A stretch of 64,000 bases of DNA from an uncultured Bacilli bacterium (GTDB taxonomy: Bacteria > Bacillota_I > Bacilli_A > RF39 > UBA660): contig CANRDN010000004.1 of assembly GCA_947629375.1 (NCBI GenBank), positions 8,168 through 72,167 of the forward strand, given 5' to 3'. The translations under genes were made by a program, and so were the position numbers. The notes beneath the pieces are model-generated. The model was given only the letters and a program-made list of their open reading frames with translations, made no database searches and had not been told where the DNA came from. Of the stretch, positions 9,501-16,992 are shown piece by piece (the first letter of the stretch is position 1; the number at the start of each line of letters is the position of its first letter).

Positions 9501-10955
9501 GTTTCTAAAGAAGTAGTAACTCTAACACACAATAGTGACAACACTTCTACTATAAAAATTAAACTAAAACACGGGCAATCATTAACTATTAATGATTTAC
9601 CAGAAGAGACTTCATATGAGATAGAAGAAGTAGAAGCAAATGATGATGGATATATAACTAAAACAGTTGGTAATGTTAAAGGAACATTAAAAGATACAGA
9701 TGGAGAATCAGTTAAGTTTATCAATAAGAAACCTTCAAAGAATGATTTATCAATATCAAAATTAGTAACTGGAGGTTTAGGAGATAAGAACAAAGTTTGG
9801 ACTTTTGAAATAACTTTAACACCAGATGAAGATGTAACCTTATTAACTGAATATTCACTTGAGGGAATAGAAGAAAAGAAAATAACATTAGAAGTACAAC
9901 CTGATGGAAGTTCAAAAGGAACGATAAAACTAAAAAGTGGAGAAACAGCAGTAATAAAAGGTTTACCAGAAAACACAACATATAAGGTTGTGGAAAAAGA
10001 AGCAAACGAAGATGATTATATAACGACAGATAATAAGACAAGTGAAGGATTATTAGATGTTAATAAAAAAGTAGAGTTTGTTAATACAAAACTAGCATCA
10101 TACGATCTTACTATTGGAAAGAAAGTTTATGGTAACTTAGGAGATAAAGAACAAGAATGGAACTTTAAAATTACCCTTTATGCCCCTAAGATTAAAGATT
10201 TAACTACAACTTATTCTTACGAATTATCTAAAATTGATACAGAGGAAGAAGAGGAACCTACTAAAGGAACATTAACATTAAATAAAGTATCTGATCATTA
10301 CGAGGTTAGTATTAAGCTAAAAGATAATGAAAAGATGGTTATTAAAGATTTACTTGAAGATACTAAATATGAAATAACAGAAGTAGAAGCAAATACTTTA
10401 GATTATGAAACAACTATCGATGGAGAAACTAGTGGAACATTAAGTTCTAAAACAAAACCTGTAATATTTAAAAATGCTAAATTCTCTAAGCACGATTTAA
10501 AGATTGAAGGAAGTCTAAAGGGTAATAATACTGATCCAAATAAAGAATGGACTTTAGATGTTACTATTAAACCAGACCCTAATGCTAATATGAAAGACAC
10601 TTATGTTTGGGTTGATGAAAATGGTGAAGAACACGATTTAGAATTAACTCCAAATGAAGATGGAACATTTAGTGGAAAGTTAAAGTTAAAGGGAAATGGT
10701 AGTGGAACAATTAAAGATTTACCATATGGAAGTGAATTTGAAGTAAAAGTTGAAGAAGCAGGACAAGATGGATATAAGACAACAGTGGATAAAAAGAGTG
10801 GAACTTTAACTGATGAGACAGTAGTACATTTTACAAATGAGAAAAATGTTATTACACCAAACACTTTTGATGGTATCGTAAAAGACTTTATAATTGTTAT
10901 CATATGTACTTTAGTTATCTTATCTGAATTAGTATATATTAAAGTAAGAAAGTAG
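3591..10955 (+). CDS. Giant surface protein: N-terminal TM/signal, vWA domain with MIDAS, large beta-rich middle region, eight CnaB/SpaA-like repeats, C-terminal hydrophobic tail
   Basis: Start placed at ATG 3591 (MKLKLRK) behind TAAGGAG; the track TTG at 3537 has no RBS. MIDAS D-I-S-G-S at 3990-4004. Eight repeats of the LSISK...KF-x-N type. Ends with TPNTFDG, a 20-aa hydrophobic stretch and KVRK. No LPXTG. Confidence 0.8.
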   Translation: MKLKLRKVFSKTIVIALIISLTFLGLCQTNIINLATLFRRPQNAYNSMYRTISDPNTMDSYQDLLLSNKNGSRYAGRIWSDKTVLTEDLTLDVQTDGINGLVTKKSDFLHVFSALGSSLKISQPAQLDVMFLIDISGSMGKVGDEYASSSNFSDTPMYKTITSVNKTIDTLLSSNSNSRFGVVVYGATAQVLIPLGNYTKVDNSPFLKVEYLDSYGSVSPQGIHFTLTASFKDKNNKSNEYYVDNSGETSNELHNKNGSGNRLSHGTGGQTTGLGTKDSPYHVGHITNQQAGLAAAMDQFITGNEDTTWKAADNNLYSRIPALIHLSDGQASDIAWIQENSDSDSENQWQREASNWNNVNWKFDLAYNSTNNASPSTSNYYNANQLSGLGNASPIIFQTLMTAAYYKSAVDAYYASSGYTDMSGSIPTLNCFSIYASDSSGYKEMEDTQIKGTINAILNPSVYFYDLDGSDDVESSNLTENDSGAKFIDTAYELYKLWLKGEAKHTFELKTTSGSNTNTTNDIKIPINVAQSQLDDDSGAYSGYAWSKKITATTINKNIYYVPKDNFFDTDFTNVDNVLDGVIKSAVKNAFVPIGGVNDAGTSDSLTFVDPIGQYMEIKDGSVGINGNFYDMDLLLFGKHHQLKKSAIYNYEFNITHRGPEHNSDDLNQPFIPGWYDKEGNFLEEGNWEKGDTYYIDSDTIKKYVQNLDEKNITAQQKNTIYTIYSFVEENSGEDQNNPCYEDKNLSFKLNDIRVWVEDTGKFEDESSAGSPDLGFDKAIYVNIPVNALPVEIANIELGVNGKVKSYDTNLNEKVATPFRLFYGIGLEESIFTEDGLDVDLAKVSQEYIKNNKDEDIVYFYSNYYSKTNYDGYVTDTRAERTRGDAYFSFSPDTTNRYYIYQNSLTLYEITGADQRNENGLYDEINIEDDGDFNSFKDKHPAITSSDKIKAESWYYIVIDYYLPNKDTIMRTAVPREGKEFGLGEDSVNVNVENQLCWYSDSTKQVEDFKLNSSKPSGEISDWTIATKTGGLRVGDMAQSLKSKSKNTTETANNFYLPTISKTTGDNLDDSDDVVVINAYLGNNGRIEVNDSLILIAKNITTDELGEKTVDKEREYEFTLKIDGHEGDYQAIKAHKNPYSNAWQLRVSTIDLLTDNNGFLQDTNNNIYVFEQGGKQYNIYIGDNTEVGDTGGKYVFRVYSAIDNDNTVTLKRSGMTTYVADESAIDGSLKSEKNKYKNADGKNTLGSIDVWIDKVYLVPVSEVEGRNFNNKEISKYETLTEFVVTHLDSMKEGANELSSNYATETVYLTTEIKFGYSESNKPGSKPDNWTQDEWDTQAQNVAKFKLKADEGILISGLKASTNYKITENITKKDNEERYYFDHIDVNDEASIKKADKTVTGVVTANYIDEVVYTNIYYAPVSLSISKVVEGALAEPNKEWEFTVKLTPEEGIVLGEEYDYTGENIDGVDPKPAGKIHLTSEEDGSYTGTVSLKHGQTVTINGLPEGTKYSVSETSANLEGYTTKTVGSTEGTLDIKNPNSTVKFRNIKLSSHNLTISKVIEGEKAEKDKDWTFEITLTTTDDITLDETYEYSGSKEGNIKFTNKEGNTYVGEIKLKAGETVTIEGLPERTSYEVVEKEKDQDGYKTYTEKETGILKDNAEEKVKFTNVKYSLHNLTIEKIVTGGAGDKEKSWEFEIVLTPADDVRFATSYNTSTYTGVIKTEDSTLTLTNDGKTYKGTVSLKSGQKIIIKDIPERTQYSVVEKEANENEYKTTVQGNSSGTLTQEEEKVTFTNRKLSKHTLSISKTTDGALVDKNRDWTFKVTLTPGEDVELAKSYNYTGSKDGVLSLSQEGDTYTGTITLKTDEEVTISDLPEGTVYKVEEVEANLEGYTTKVSGSTEGTLSLDNNAPKAEFKNIKLSKHSLTISKEVLGKAGEKEKEWNFTIKLTPREGITLEDTYPVVTGSTSSIISPVSKEVVTLTHNSDNTSTIKIKLKHGQSLTINDLPEETSYEIEEVEANDDGYITKTVGNVKGTLKDTDGESVKFINKKPSKNDLSISKLVTGGLGDKNKVWTFEITLTPDEDVTLLTEYSLEGIEEKKITLEVQPDGSSKGTIKLKSGETAVIKGLPENTTYKVVEKEANEDDYITTDNKTSEGLLDVNKKVEFVNTKLASYDLTIGKKVYGNLGDKEQEWNFKITLYAPKIKDLTTTYSYELSKIDTEEEEEPTKGTLTLNKVSDHYEVSIKLKDNEKMVIKDLLEDTKYEITEVEANTLDYETTIDGETSGTLSSKTKPVIFKNAKFSKHDLKIEGSLKGNNTDPNKEWTLDVTIKPDPNANMKDTYVWVDENGEEHDLELTPNEDGTFSGKLKLKGNGSGTIKDLPYGSEFEVKVEEAGQDGYKTTVDKKSGTLTDETVVHFTNEKNVITPNTFDGIVKDFIIVIICTLVILSELVYIKVRK
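7848..10850 (+). repeat. Eight tandem coding repeats (about 115-135 aa each) of a CnaB/SpaA-like fold inside the giant ORF
   Basis: Repeat starts: VSLSISKVVEG, HNLTISKVIEG, HNLTIEKIVTG, HTLSISKTTDG, HSLTISKEVLG, NDLSISKLVTG, YDLTIGKKVYG, HDLKIEGSLKG. Each carries GLPE-x-T-x-Y-x-V-x-E and ends in (K/T/H)F-x-N. The DNA copies are diverged. Confidence 0.7.
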
Positions 10956-10975
10956 ATTCATTATAATAAGAAACA

Positions 10976-11000
10976 AGAGTGACTTAGGTCACTCTTTATC
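10976..11000 (+). terminator. Rho-independent terminator after the giant adhesin gene
   Basis: AGAGTGAC-TTAG-GTCACTCT hairpin followed by a T-rich stretch. Confidence 0.6.
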
Positions 11001-11086
11001 TATCTTATATTTAACTTATTGTTGTTTTAAAAGCTTTAATTAGTTATAATATTAGTAGCTTTATTTAAAAGAAATGAGGGAATTTT

Positions 11087-12184
11087 ATGGGCTTAAAAGC
11101 AGGAATTGTCGGACTTCCAAATGTAGGTAAGTCTACTTTGTTTAATGCAATTACAAAACAAAATATTTTAGCAGCTAACTATCCTTTTGCTACTATTGAA
11201 CCTAATGTAGGTGTCGTAGTTGTAAAAGATCATAGACTTGATAGATTAACAGAAATATATAATCCAGCAAGAACTATACCAACTGCATACGAATTTACTG
11301 ATATTGCTGGTCTTGTTAAAGGAGCGTCTACAGGTGAAGGACTTGGAAACAAATTCTTATCTCACATAAGAGAAGTAGATGCAATTGTCGAAGTAGTAAG
11401 ATGCTTTGATGATAACAATATTATTCACGTTGAAAGTAAAATTGATCCAGTAAATGATATCGAAGTTATAAATTTGGAGTTGTCTTTATCTGACTTAGAA
11501 ATAGTAAACTCTAGAATTGATAAGATAAAGAAGAAAGCTGAAACAAATAAAGATAAAGAAGCGCTTGCTGAGTATGAAGTTTTAAAGAAAGCAAAAGAAG
11601 CACTAGAAAAAGGAACAGCATTAAGAAAAGTAGAATTTACTAAAGATGAGATGCCTTTCTTAAAGAGTTTCTGTTTACTTACTATGAAACCAATTATTTA
11701 TCTTGCAAATGTTAAAGAAGAAGATTTAAAAGAAGATAATTCATATGTTAAACAAGTAAAGGAATATGCTTTAAAAGAAGGTTCTAAGGTTGTTAAAGCG
11801 TGTGCTAAGATGGAAGCAGATTTAAGTGATTTATCAGATGAAGATAAAAAAGAAATGTTGGAGTCTGTGGGAATTGAAGAAAGTGGATTAGACCAATTAA
11901 TTAAAGCAACTTATGATTTACTTGGCCTTTCTACTTACTTTACGGGAGGACCTGATGAAGTAAGAGCTTGGACTTTCAAAAAAGGAATGAATGCTAAAGA
12001 ATGTGCTGGAATTATTCACACAGATTTTGAAAAAGGATTTATCAAAGCTGAAATAATGTCTTATGAAGATTTAGATCAATATGGTAGTGAATTAAAAGTA
12101 AAAGAAGCTGGTAAAACTCGTCTTGAGGGAAAAGATTATTTAATGCAAGATGGAGATATCTGCTACTTTAGATTTAATGTATAA
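11087..12184 (+). CDS. ychF: Ribosome-binding ATPase YchF
   Basis: GLPNVGKSTLFNA P-loop, 365 aa, C-terminal TGS-like FIKAEI/GKDY motif. RBS GAGGGA. Confidence 0.9.
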   Translation: MGLKAGIVGLPNVGKSTLFNAITKQNILAANYPFATIEPNVGVVVVKDHRLDRLTEIYNPARTIPTAYEFTDIAGLVKGASTGEGLGNKFLSHIREVDAIVEVVRCFDDNNIIHVESKIDPVNDIEVINLELSLSDLEIVNSRIDKIKKKAETNKDKEALAEYEVLKKAKEALEKGTALRKVEFTKDEMPFLKSFCLLTMKPIIYLANVKEEDLKEDNSYVKQVKEYALKEGSKVVKACAKMEADLSDLSDEDKKEMLESVGIEESGLDQLIKATYDLLGLSTYFTGGPDEVRAWTFKKGMNAKECAGIIHTDFEKGFIKAEIMSYEDLDQYGSELKVKEAGKTRLEGKDYLMQDGDICYFRFNV

Positions 12185-12199
12185 AAGATGAGGAAAGAA

Positions 12200-12871
12200 A
12201 TGAAACCCATAATTGGAATAGTTGCAAGAGTTGAGTATCCAGGAGAAACTCACAAGTTAGTAATAAATGAAGCTTATAGAAAAGCTATAATAGATAATGG
12301 TGGGATCCCTATGTGCATTGTGCCACCTCAAAAGTTTGATTATACTGTTACTAAATATAGTGACCAAGATGAACTAACAGAAGATGAGCAAGAAATGTTA
12401 ATAAGTCAAATTAATAAGTGTGATGGTATCTTGATGCCTGGTGGATTTAAGATAAATAAATTTGACAGATTTATATGTGAATATGTAACGGATAATGATA
12501 TACCACTTTTTGGAATTTGCCTTGGTATGCAGGTTATGGCTAACTATAAAAAGAAAGAACTATGGAATGAGAAAAATGATAGCTTTATAAATCATAAAGT
12601 AGAAGGACTTGCCCATAGTGTTTCTTTAGATAAAAAAAGTAAGTTGTATTCAATAATAAACCAAGAAAAACTTATGGTTAACAGCAGGCATACTTATCAC
12701 GTACTTCCAAATGATTATTACGATGTAGTAGCAACAAGCGATGATAATTATATAGAAGCGATTGAAATGAAAAATAAAAAATTTAATATAGGAGTTCAGT
12801 GGCATCCTGAAAATATGGATGATGAGTCTTCAAGTAAACTATTTAAAAGTTTTATCGACATTTGTAAATGA
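12200..12871 (+). CDS. Class I glutamine amidotransferase, peptidase C26 (gamma-glutamyl-GABA hydrolase-like) family
   Basis: GICLGMQ nucleophile elbow and QWHPE motif. Start moved to ATG 12200 (MKPIIGIV), which follows GAGGAAAG. Confidence 0.7.
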   Translation: MKPIIGIVARVEYPGETHKLVINEAYRKAIIDNGGIPMCIVPPQKFDYTVTKYSDQDELTEDEQEMLISQINKCDGILMPGGFKINKFDRFICEYVTDNDIPLFGICLGMQVMANYKKKELWNEKNDSFINHKVEGLAHSVSLDKKSKLYSIINQEKLMVNSRHTYHVLPNDYYDVVATSDDNYIEAIEMKNKKFNIGVQWHPENMDDESSSKLFKSFIDICK

Positions 12872-12886
12872 TGTCGATTTCTTTTT
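12854..12886 (+). terminator. Rho-independent terminator overlapping the stop codon of the amidotransferase gene
   Basis: ATCGACAT / ATGTCGAT 8-bp stem with a 9-nt loop, followed by TTCTTTTT. Confidence 0.6.
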
Positions 12887-12899
12887 AACAAAATGTTAA
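12885..12899. promoter_or_regulatory. Inverted-repeat box TTAACA-AAA-TGTTAA, copy 1 (candidate NrtR operator)
   Basis: Exact 15-mer also present at 12953-12967. The two copies bracket the pncA promoter. Confidence 0.45.
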
Positions 12900-12906
12900 A
12901 AACATA

Positions 12907-12935
12907 TTGACAATGATATAGTGCTATGATAATAT
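12907..12935 (+). promoter_or_regulatory. Sigma-A type promoter of the NAD salvage operon
   Basis: TTGACA (12907-12912), 17-nt spacer, TAATAT (12930-12935) with an upstream TG at 12927-12928. Confidence 0.55.
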
Positions 12936-12952
12936 TAAAGCGTAAAGAGATA

Positions 12953-12967
12953 TTAACAAAATGTTAA
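12953..12967. promoter_or_regulatory. Inverted-repeat box TTAACA-AAA-TGTTAA, copy 2 (candidate NrtR operator)
   Basis: Identical to 12885-12899. Lies between the predicted transcription start and the pncA start codon. Confidence 0.45.
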
Positions 12968-12979
12968 TAAGATATAATT

Positions 12980-13567
12980 ATGGAAGAGAAAAACTTAGAA
13001 GAACTAAAAAAACTTTTGATTGTCGTCGATATGGTTAACGGATTTGTAAGAATTGGTGCTTTATCATCACAAAATATTGAACATATTGTGCCCAAAATTG
13101 AAAAACTTGTCAAAAAGTATACAGATGAAAGTGACAAGCAAGTTGTCTTCATTAAAGATACGCACTGTAAAGATTCAAAAGAGTTTAAAAGGTATCCAGA
13201 ACATTGTATTAAAGGTACTTATGAAGCAGAAAATATAGATGAATTCAAAAAGTATGAAAATACAGCTTTAGTATTTGAAAAGAATTCCACAAGTGCAATA
13301 TTTTCTAAAGATTTTTTAGAGACAATAAACAAAATGAAGAAACTAGAAGAAGTTACAATTGTTGGATGCTGTACTGATATTTGTGTAATAAACCTTGCAA
13401 TACCACTTCGAAACTATTTTGATGAAAATAACAAAGATATAGAAATTACTGTTCCTAAAAATGCTGTTGAAACATTTGATAGCCCAACTCATAGTAGTGA
13501 AATGTGGAATGACTTAGCTTTCAAATTTATGGAACAGGGTGGAATAAAGTTAGTAAAAAAATTATAA
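12980..13567 (+). CDS. pncA: Nicotinamidase / isochorismatase-family cysteine hydrolase
   Basis: VVDMVNGF Asp motif and GCCTDICV catalytic Cys motif. Immediately upstream of pncB. Confidence 0.75.
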   Translation: MEEKNLEELKKLLIVVDMVNGFVRIGALSSQNIEHIVPKIEKLVKKYTDESDKQVVFIKDTHCKDSKEFKRYPEHCIKGTYEAENIDEFKKYENTALVFEKNSTSAIFSKDFLETINKMKKLEEVTIVGCCTDICVINLAIPLRNYFDENNKDIEITVPKNAVETFDSPTHSSEMWNDLAFKFMEQGGIKLVKKL

Positions 13568-13579
13568 AGGAGAGATAAT

Positions 13580-15043
13580 ATGAAGAATTTTAAAAGACTT
13601 CCAAGAAATTATGCAATGTTAACTGACTGGTATGAATTTATGATGAATGACTGTTACGAACTATCTAAAAAGGGAGATGCAGAAGTAGTATTCGATGTCT
13701 TCTTTAGAAAAGTTCCAAATAATGGTGGCTATGCTGTTATGGCAGGTGTCGATAAGATTATCGAGTACATTCAAAATCTAAGATTTGATGAAGAAGATAT
13801 CGAGTTTTTAAGATCTAATGGTCTAAGCGAAGAAATACTTGAAAAACTTAAGAATTTTAAGTTCTCTGGAACAATCAAAGCAATACCTGATGGTACCCCA
13901 GTGTTTCCAAATGAACCAATTATAACAGTAAAAGCGAATGTTATAGAAGCTCAAGTAATAGAGACAGCTCTTCTATCTTTAGTAAATGGATCAATGGAAC
14001 ACGCAACTGGGGCAAGAAGAATTATCGAAGTTGTTCCTAAAAATGTTCCAGTAATGGAGTTTGGTGCAAGAAGAGCAGATGGGCTTGAAGCTTCTCTTGA
14101 CTCATCAATTTATGGTCTTATGGCGGGGTGCTCAGGTACTTCAAACACGCTTGCTGCTGAAATGCTTCAAACTAAACCTCTTGGAACGATGGCTCACAGC
14201 TTTGTAGAACTATACGATAGTGAAGAGGAAGCTTTCAAAGTATTTGCAACGAAACATCCTGAAAACGCAACACTTTTAGTAGATACCTACGACACTTTAA
14301 GAAGTGGTGTACCTGCAGCTATTAAAACATTCGATTATATGAAAGAAAAAGGATTACCTCTTGATCATATAGGAATAAGAATTGATTCAGGAGACCTTGC
14401 CTATTTATCAAAACAAGCAAGAAAAATGCTCGATGAAAGTGGCTATCCAGAAGCTAAAATTTGTTTAAGTAACGGACTTACTGCAAATGTTATAAAAGAT
14501 TTAATAGAACAAGGTGCTAAATTTGATAGTCTGGGAGTTGGTGACAACATTTCAAAGCCAGATGGCAGAATGGGGTGTGTTTATAAACTTGTCGCCGTAA
14601 AACAAAATGGTGAGTTTGTTCCTCGTATCAAACTAAGTAATGATACAATAAAAACAGTAAATCCAGGATACAAAAGACTTTATAGAGCATATGACAATGA
14701 CACAGGTTACGCTCTTGCAGATGTAATCGTATTGGAGGGTAAGAAAATAGAAAAAGATAACCTATTATTAATAAGTCCTCAAGATATATTAAATAGCAGT
14801 ACAATTAGTAACTTTACTTTAAAAGAACTTCAACAAGACATCTTCATTGATGGTGAACTTGTCTATAAAGATCCAACTCTAAAAGAGAAAAAAGACTACT
14901 GTGAAAAAGAAATGCAGACCTTGTATCCAGAAATTAGACGTGAATTAAATCCACACGAATATAGAGTAAGTGGTACTAAAGAATATGTGGATACTAAAGA
15001 AGATTTAATTAATTCTGTTAAGGAAAAAATAAAAAGGAGATAA
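13580..15043 (+). CDS. pncB: Nicotinate phosphoribosyltransferase
   Basis: 487 aa. LTDWYEFMM N-terminus, GTMAHSFV motif, RIDSGDL motif. Confidence 0.85.
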   Translation: MKNFKRLPRNYAMLTDWYEFMMNDCYELSKKGDAEVVFDVFFRKVPNNGGYAVMAGVDKIIEYIQNLRFDEEDIEFLRSNGLSEEILEKLKNFKFSGTIKAIPDGTPVFPNEPIITVKANVIEAQVIETALLSLVNGSMEHATGARRIIEVVPKNVPVMEFGARRADGLEASLDSSIYGLMAGCSGTSNTLAAEMLQTKPLGTMAHSFVELYDSEEEAFKVFATKHPENATLLVDTYDTLRSGVPAAIKTFDYMKEKGLPLDHIGIRIDSGDLAYLSKQARKMLDESGYPEAKICLSNGLTANVIKDLIEQGAKFDSLGVGDNISKPDGRMGCVYKLVAVKQNGEFVPRIKLSNDTIKTVNPGYKRLYRAYDNDTGYALADVIVLEGKKIEKDNLLLISPQDILNSSTISNFTLKELQQDIFIDGELVYKDPTLKEKKDYCEKEMQTLYPEIRRELNPHEYRVSGTKEYVDTKEDLINSVKEKIKRR

Positions 15044-15047
15044 GTTT

Positions 15048-15806
15048 ATGTTTGATGCTAAAAAAGAAACGAAAAATATCGTTAAATTTATAAGAGATTA
15101 TTTTAAAAGTAACAATTTAGGTGGAGTAGTTCTAGGAATAAGTGGTGGAAAAGATTCAGGAGTTGTTGCAGCTCTTTTCACTGAGGCTTTAGGTAAAGAA
15201 AATGTTCTAGGTGTAACGATGCCTTGCCACTCCATAAAAGATGATAAAGATCTTGCTAAAGTAGTTGCTGACTACTATGGATTTGAATTAATAAATGTTG
15301 ACCTTACTAAGACTTATGACACTTTTAAAGACGAAATAACAACGCTTGGAGATTTCAAAGAAGAGAACACTTTAAATAGTGATATAAATATAAAACCAAG
15401 ACTTAGAATGAGCACTCTATATTATTTAGCAGCCCTTTATTCAAGTTTAAAAGGTAAAACTTATATCGTTGGAGGAACAAGTAATAAAAGTGAACTTTTT
15501 GTTGGATATTTCACTAAGGGTGGAGACTCAGTTTGTGACATATCCCCAATTGCAGACTTAACTGTCGAAGAAGTAATTGCCGTTGGTGAAGTGTTAAATG
15601 TTCCAAAAGAAGTACTTTATAGAACACCAAGTGATGGAATATCACAAAAAAGTGATGAAGATAAACTAGGAGTAAAATACTCTGATATTGCAAAATATAT
15701 GGAAGATAAGGATTCTCTTCCTAAAGAAATAGCAACAAAAATAGAAAAGTTACATAAATCTTGTGAACATAAATTTAATATTCCAACATATCGTAAAGAA
15801 AAGTAA
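15048..15806 (+). CDS. nadE: NH3-dependent NAD+ synthetase
   Basis: SGGKDS PP-loop, 252 aa and no glutaminase domain. Confidence 0.85.
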   Translation: MFDAKKETKNIVKFIRDYFKSNNLGGVVLGISGGKDSGVVAALFTEALGKENVLGVTMPCHSIKDDKDLAKVVADYYGFELINVDLTKTYDTFKDEITTLGDFKEENTLNSDINIKPRLRMSTLYYLAALYSSLKGKTYIVGGTSNKSELFVGYFTKGGDSVCDISPIADLTVEEVIAVGEVLNVPKEVLYRTPSDGISQKSDEDKLGVKYSDIAKYMEDKDSLPKEIATKIEKLHKSCEHKFNIPTYRKEK

Positions 15807-15872
15807 AATCATATACAATAAAAATAAATGGTATGATAAAATAAAAATGTATGATTAGAAGCAGGTGGTATT

Positions 15873-16427
15873 ATGAAAATAGGTGTCTTTGTTGGTTCTT
15901 TTGATCCAATTCATATCGGACATATAAATGTAATGGATTACTTAATTGAAAACCATTATGTTGAAAAAATAATAATACTACCTACTTTAAGTTATTGGGA
16001 TAAAAAAATAGAAACAGATATCGATAAAAGATGTGAAATGCTTAAAAAAATAAAAAGAGACTACTTAATTGTGGACAATAAAAACAATCGTTTTGAACAC
16101 ACTTATGAAGTGTTAGAAAATATAAAGAAGGACTACCCTAAAGATGAGTTATATCTAATTATTTCAGCAGATAACATAATAGAGTTTGATAAGTGGAACT
16201 ATTATCAAGAAATACTTATGAAATATAAAGTCATCGTTCTAAATAGGAATAATATTAATATTAAAGATTATACAGAAAAGTTTAAAAACAAAGAAAACTT
16301 TATAATTATTCAAGATTATCCTTTTATAAATATAAGTTCTACAAAATTAAGAGAACATTTAGATAAAAATTATTTAGATAGAGATGTTTATCAATATATT
16401 GTTGAAAACAACTTATATAATATTTAA
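15873..16427 (+). CDS. nadD: Nicotinate-nucleotide adenylyltransferase
   Basis: GSFDPIHIGH (HxGH) and ISSTKLR motifs. Confidence 0.85.
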   Translation: MKIGVFVGSFDPIHIGHINVMDYLIENHYVEKIIILPTLSYWDKKIETDIDKRCEMLKKIKRDYLIVDNKNNRFEHTYEVLENIKKDYPKDELYLIISADNIIEFDKWNYYQEILMKYKVIVLNRNNINIKDYTEKFKNKENFIIIQDYPFINISSTKLREHLDKNYLDRDVYQYIVENNLYNI

Positions 16428-16438
16428 GGAGGTATAAT

Positions 16439-16981
16439 ATGCATTTAATAATTGCAGGGGCAGCAAGATCTGGAAAAACAAGCCTTTCCCTAATGCTCAA
16501 TAAATATGGATATACTCATTATAAAATGGATTCCATTAAAAGAGGTATTTGTGAATCTTATAATTTTATATATGATGACTGGGAAGGAGTTTCCCCAATT
16601 ATGTGTAAAATTATTAATAGAATAATAGAAGATAATAAAACAGATACTAACTATGGACTAGAAAAATACTTATTTGATATACCATTTTTATATCCTAAAG
16701 ACATAAGCTTAATCGACACCTCAAATACTAAAGTAATCTTTCTAGGATATGCTCATATCGATGTTGAAGAAGAATTAAAACTTATTAGAAAATATGATAA
16801 AGACCATTTTTGGACTACTAAAATAAGTGATAACGAATTAAGAAAGTGGACTTACGATAATATAGAGTTTTCTAAATATTTAGAAAGTGAATGTCAAAAA
16901 CTTGGAATTACTTATTATGATACATCAGTAAATAGGGAAGAAGTTTTGCAAAAAGTTTTAGAAGATATAATTAATAGTTAA
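16439..16981 (+). CDS. Uncharacterised P-loop kinase-like protein embedded in the NAD cluster
   Basis: Walker A GAARSGKTS at residues 6-14, 180 aa, strong RBS AAGGAGG. I recognise no other family motif. Confidence 0.5.
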   Translation: MHLIIAGAARSGKTSLSLMLNKYGYTHYKMDSIKRGICESYNFIYDDWEGVSPIMCKIINRIIEDNKTDTNYGLEKYLFDIPFLYPKDISLIDTSNTKVIFLGYAHIDVEEELKLIRKYDKDHFWTTKISDNELRKWTYDNIEFSKYLESECQKLGITYYDTSVNREEVLQKVLEDIINS

Positions 16982-16992
16982 GGAGTAGTTGT

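Noticed and set aside
9134-9976. 280-aa minus-strand ORF, plus many 60-106-aa ORFs on both strands between 3773 and 10903, inside the giant adhesin gene
   Set aside because: These are shadow ORFs. They lie antisense or out of frame within a 7.4-kb coding region with clear domain content, have no RBS, and translate to low-complexity Ser/Leu/Val strings mirroring the repeat codons.
12188-12199. Track start codons upstream of better RBS-supported starts (12188, 41677, 27649, 19485, 48869, 51685, 54835, 57222, 3537, 1652)
   Set aside because: In each case an internal ATG or GTG sits 5-10 nt after a strong GGAGG-like motif that the longer ORF would have to translate through. The shorter coordinates were used in the feature list.
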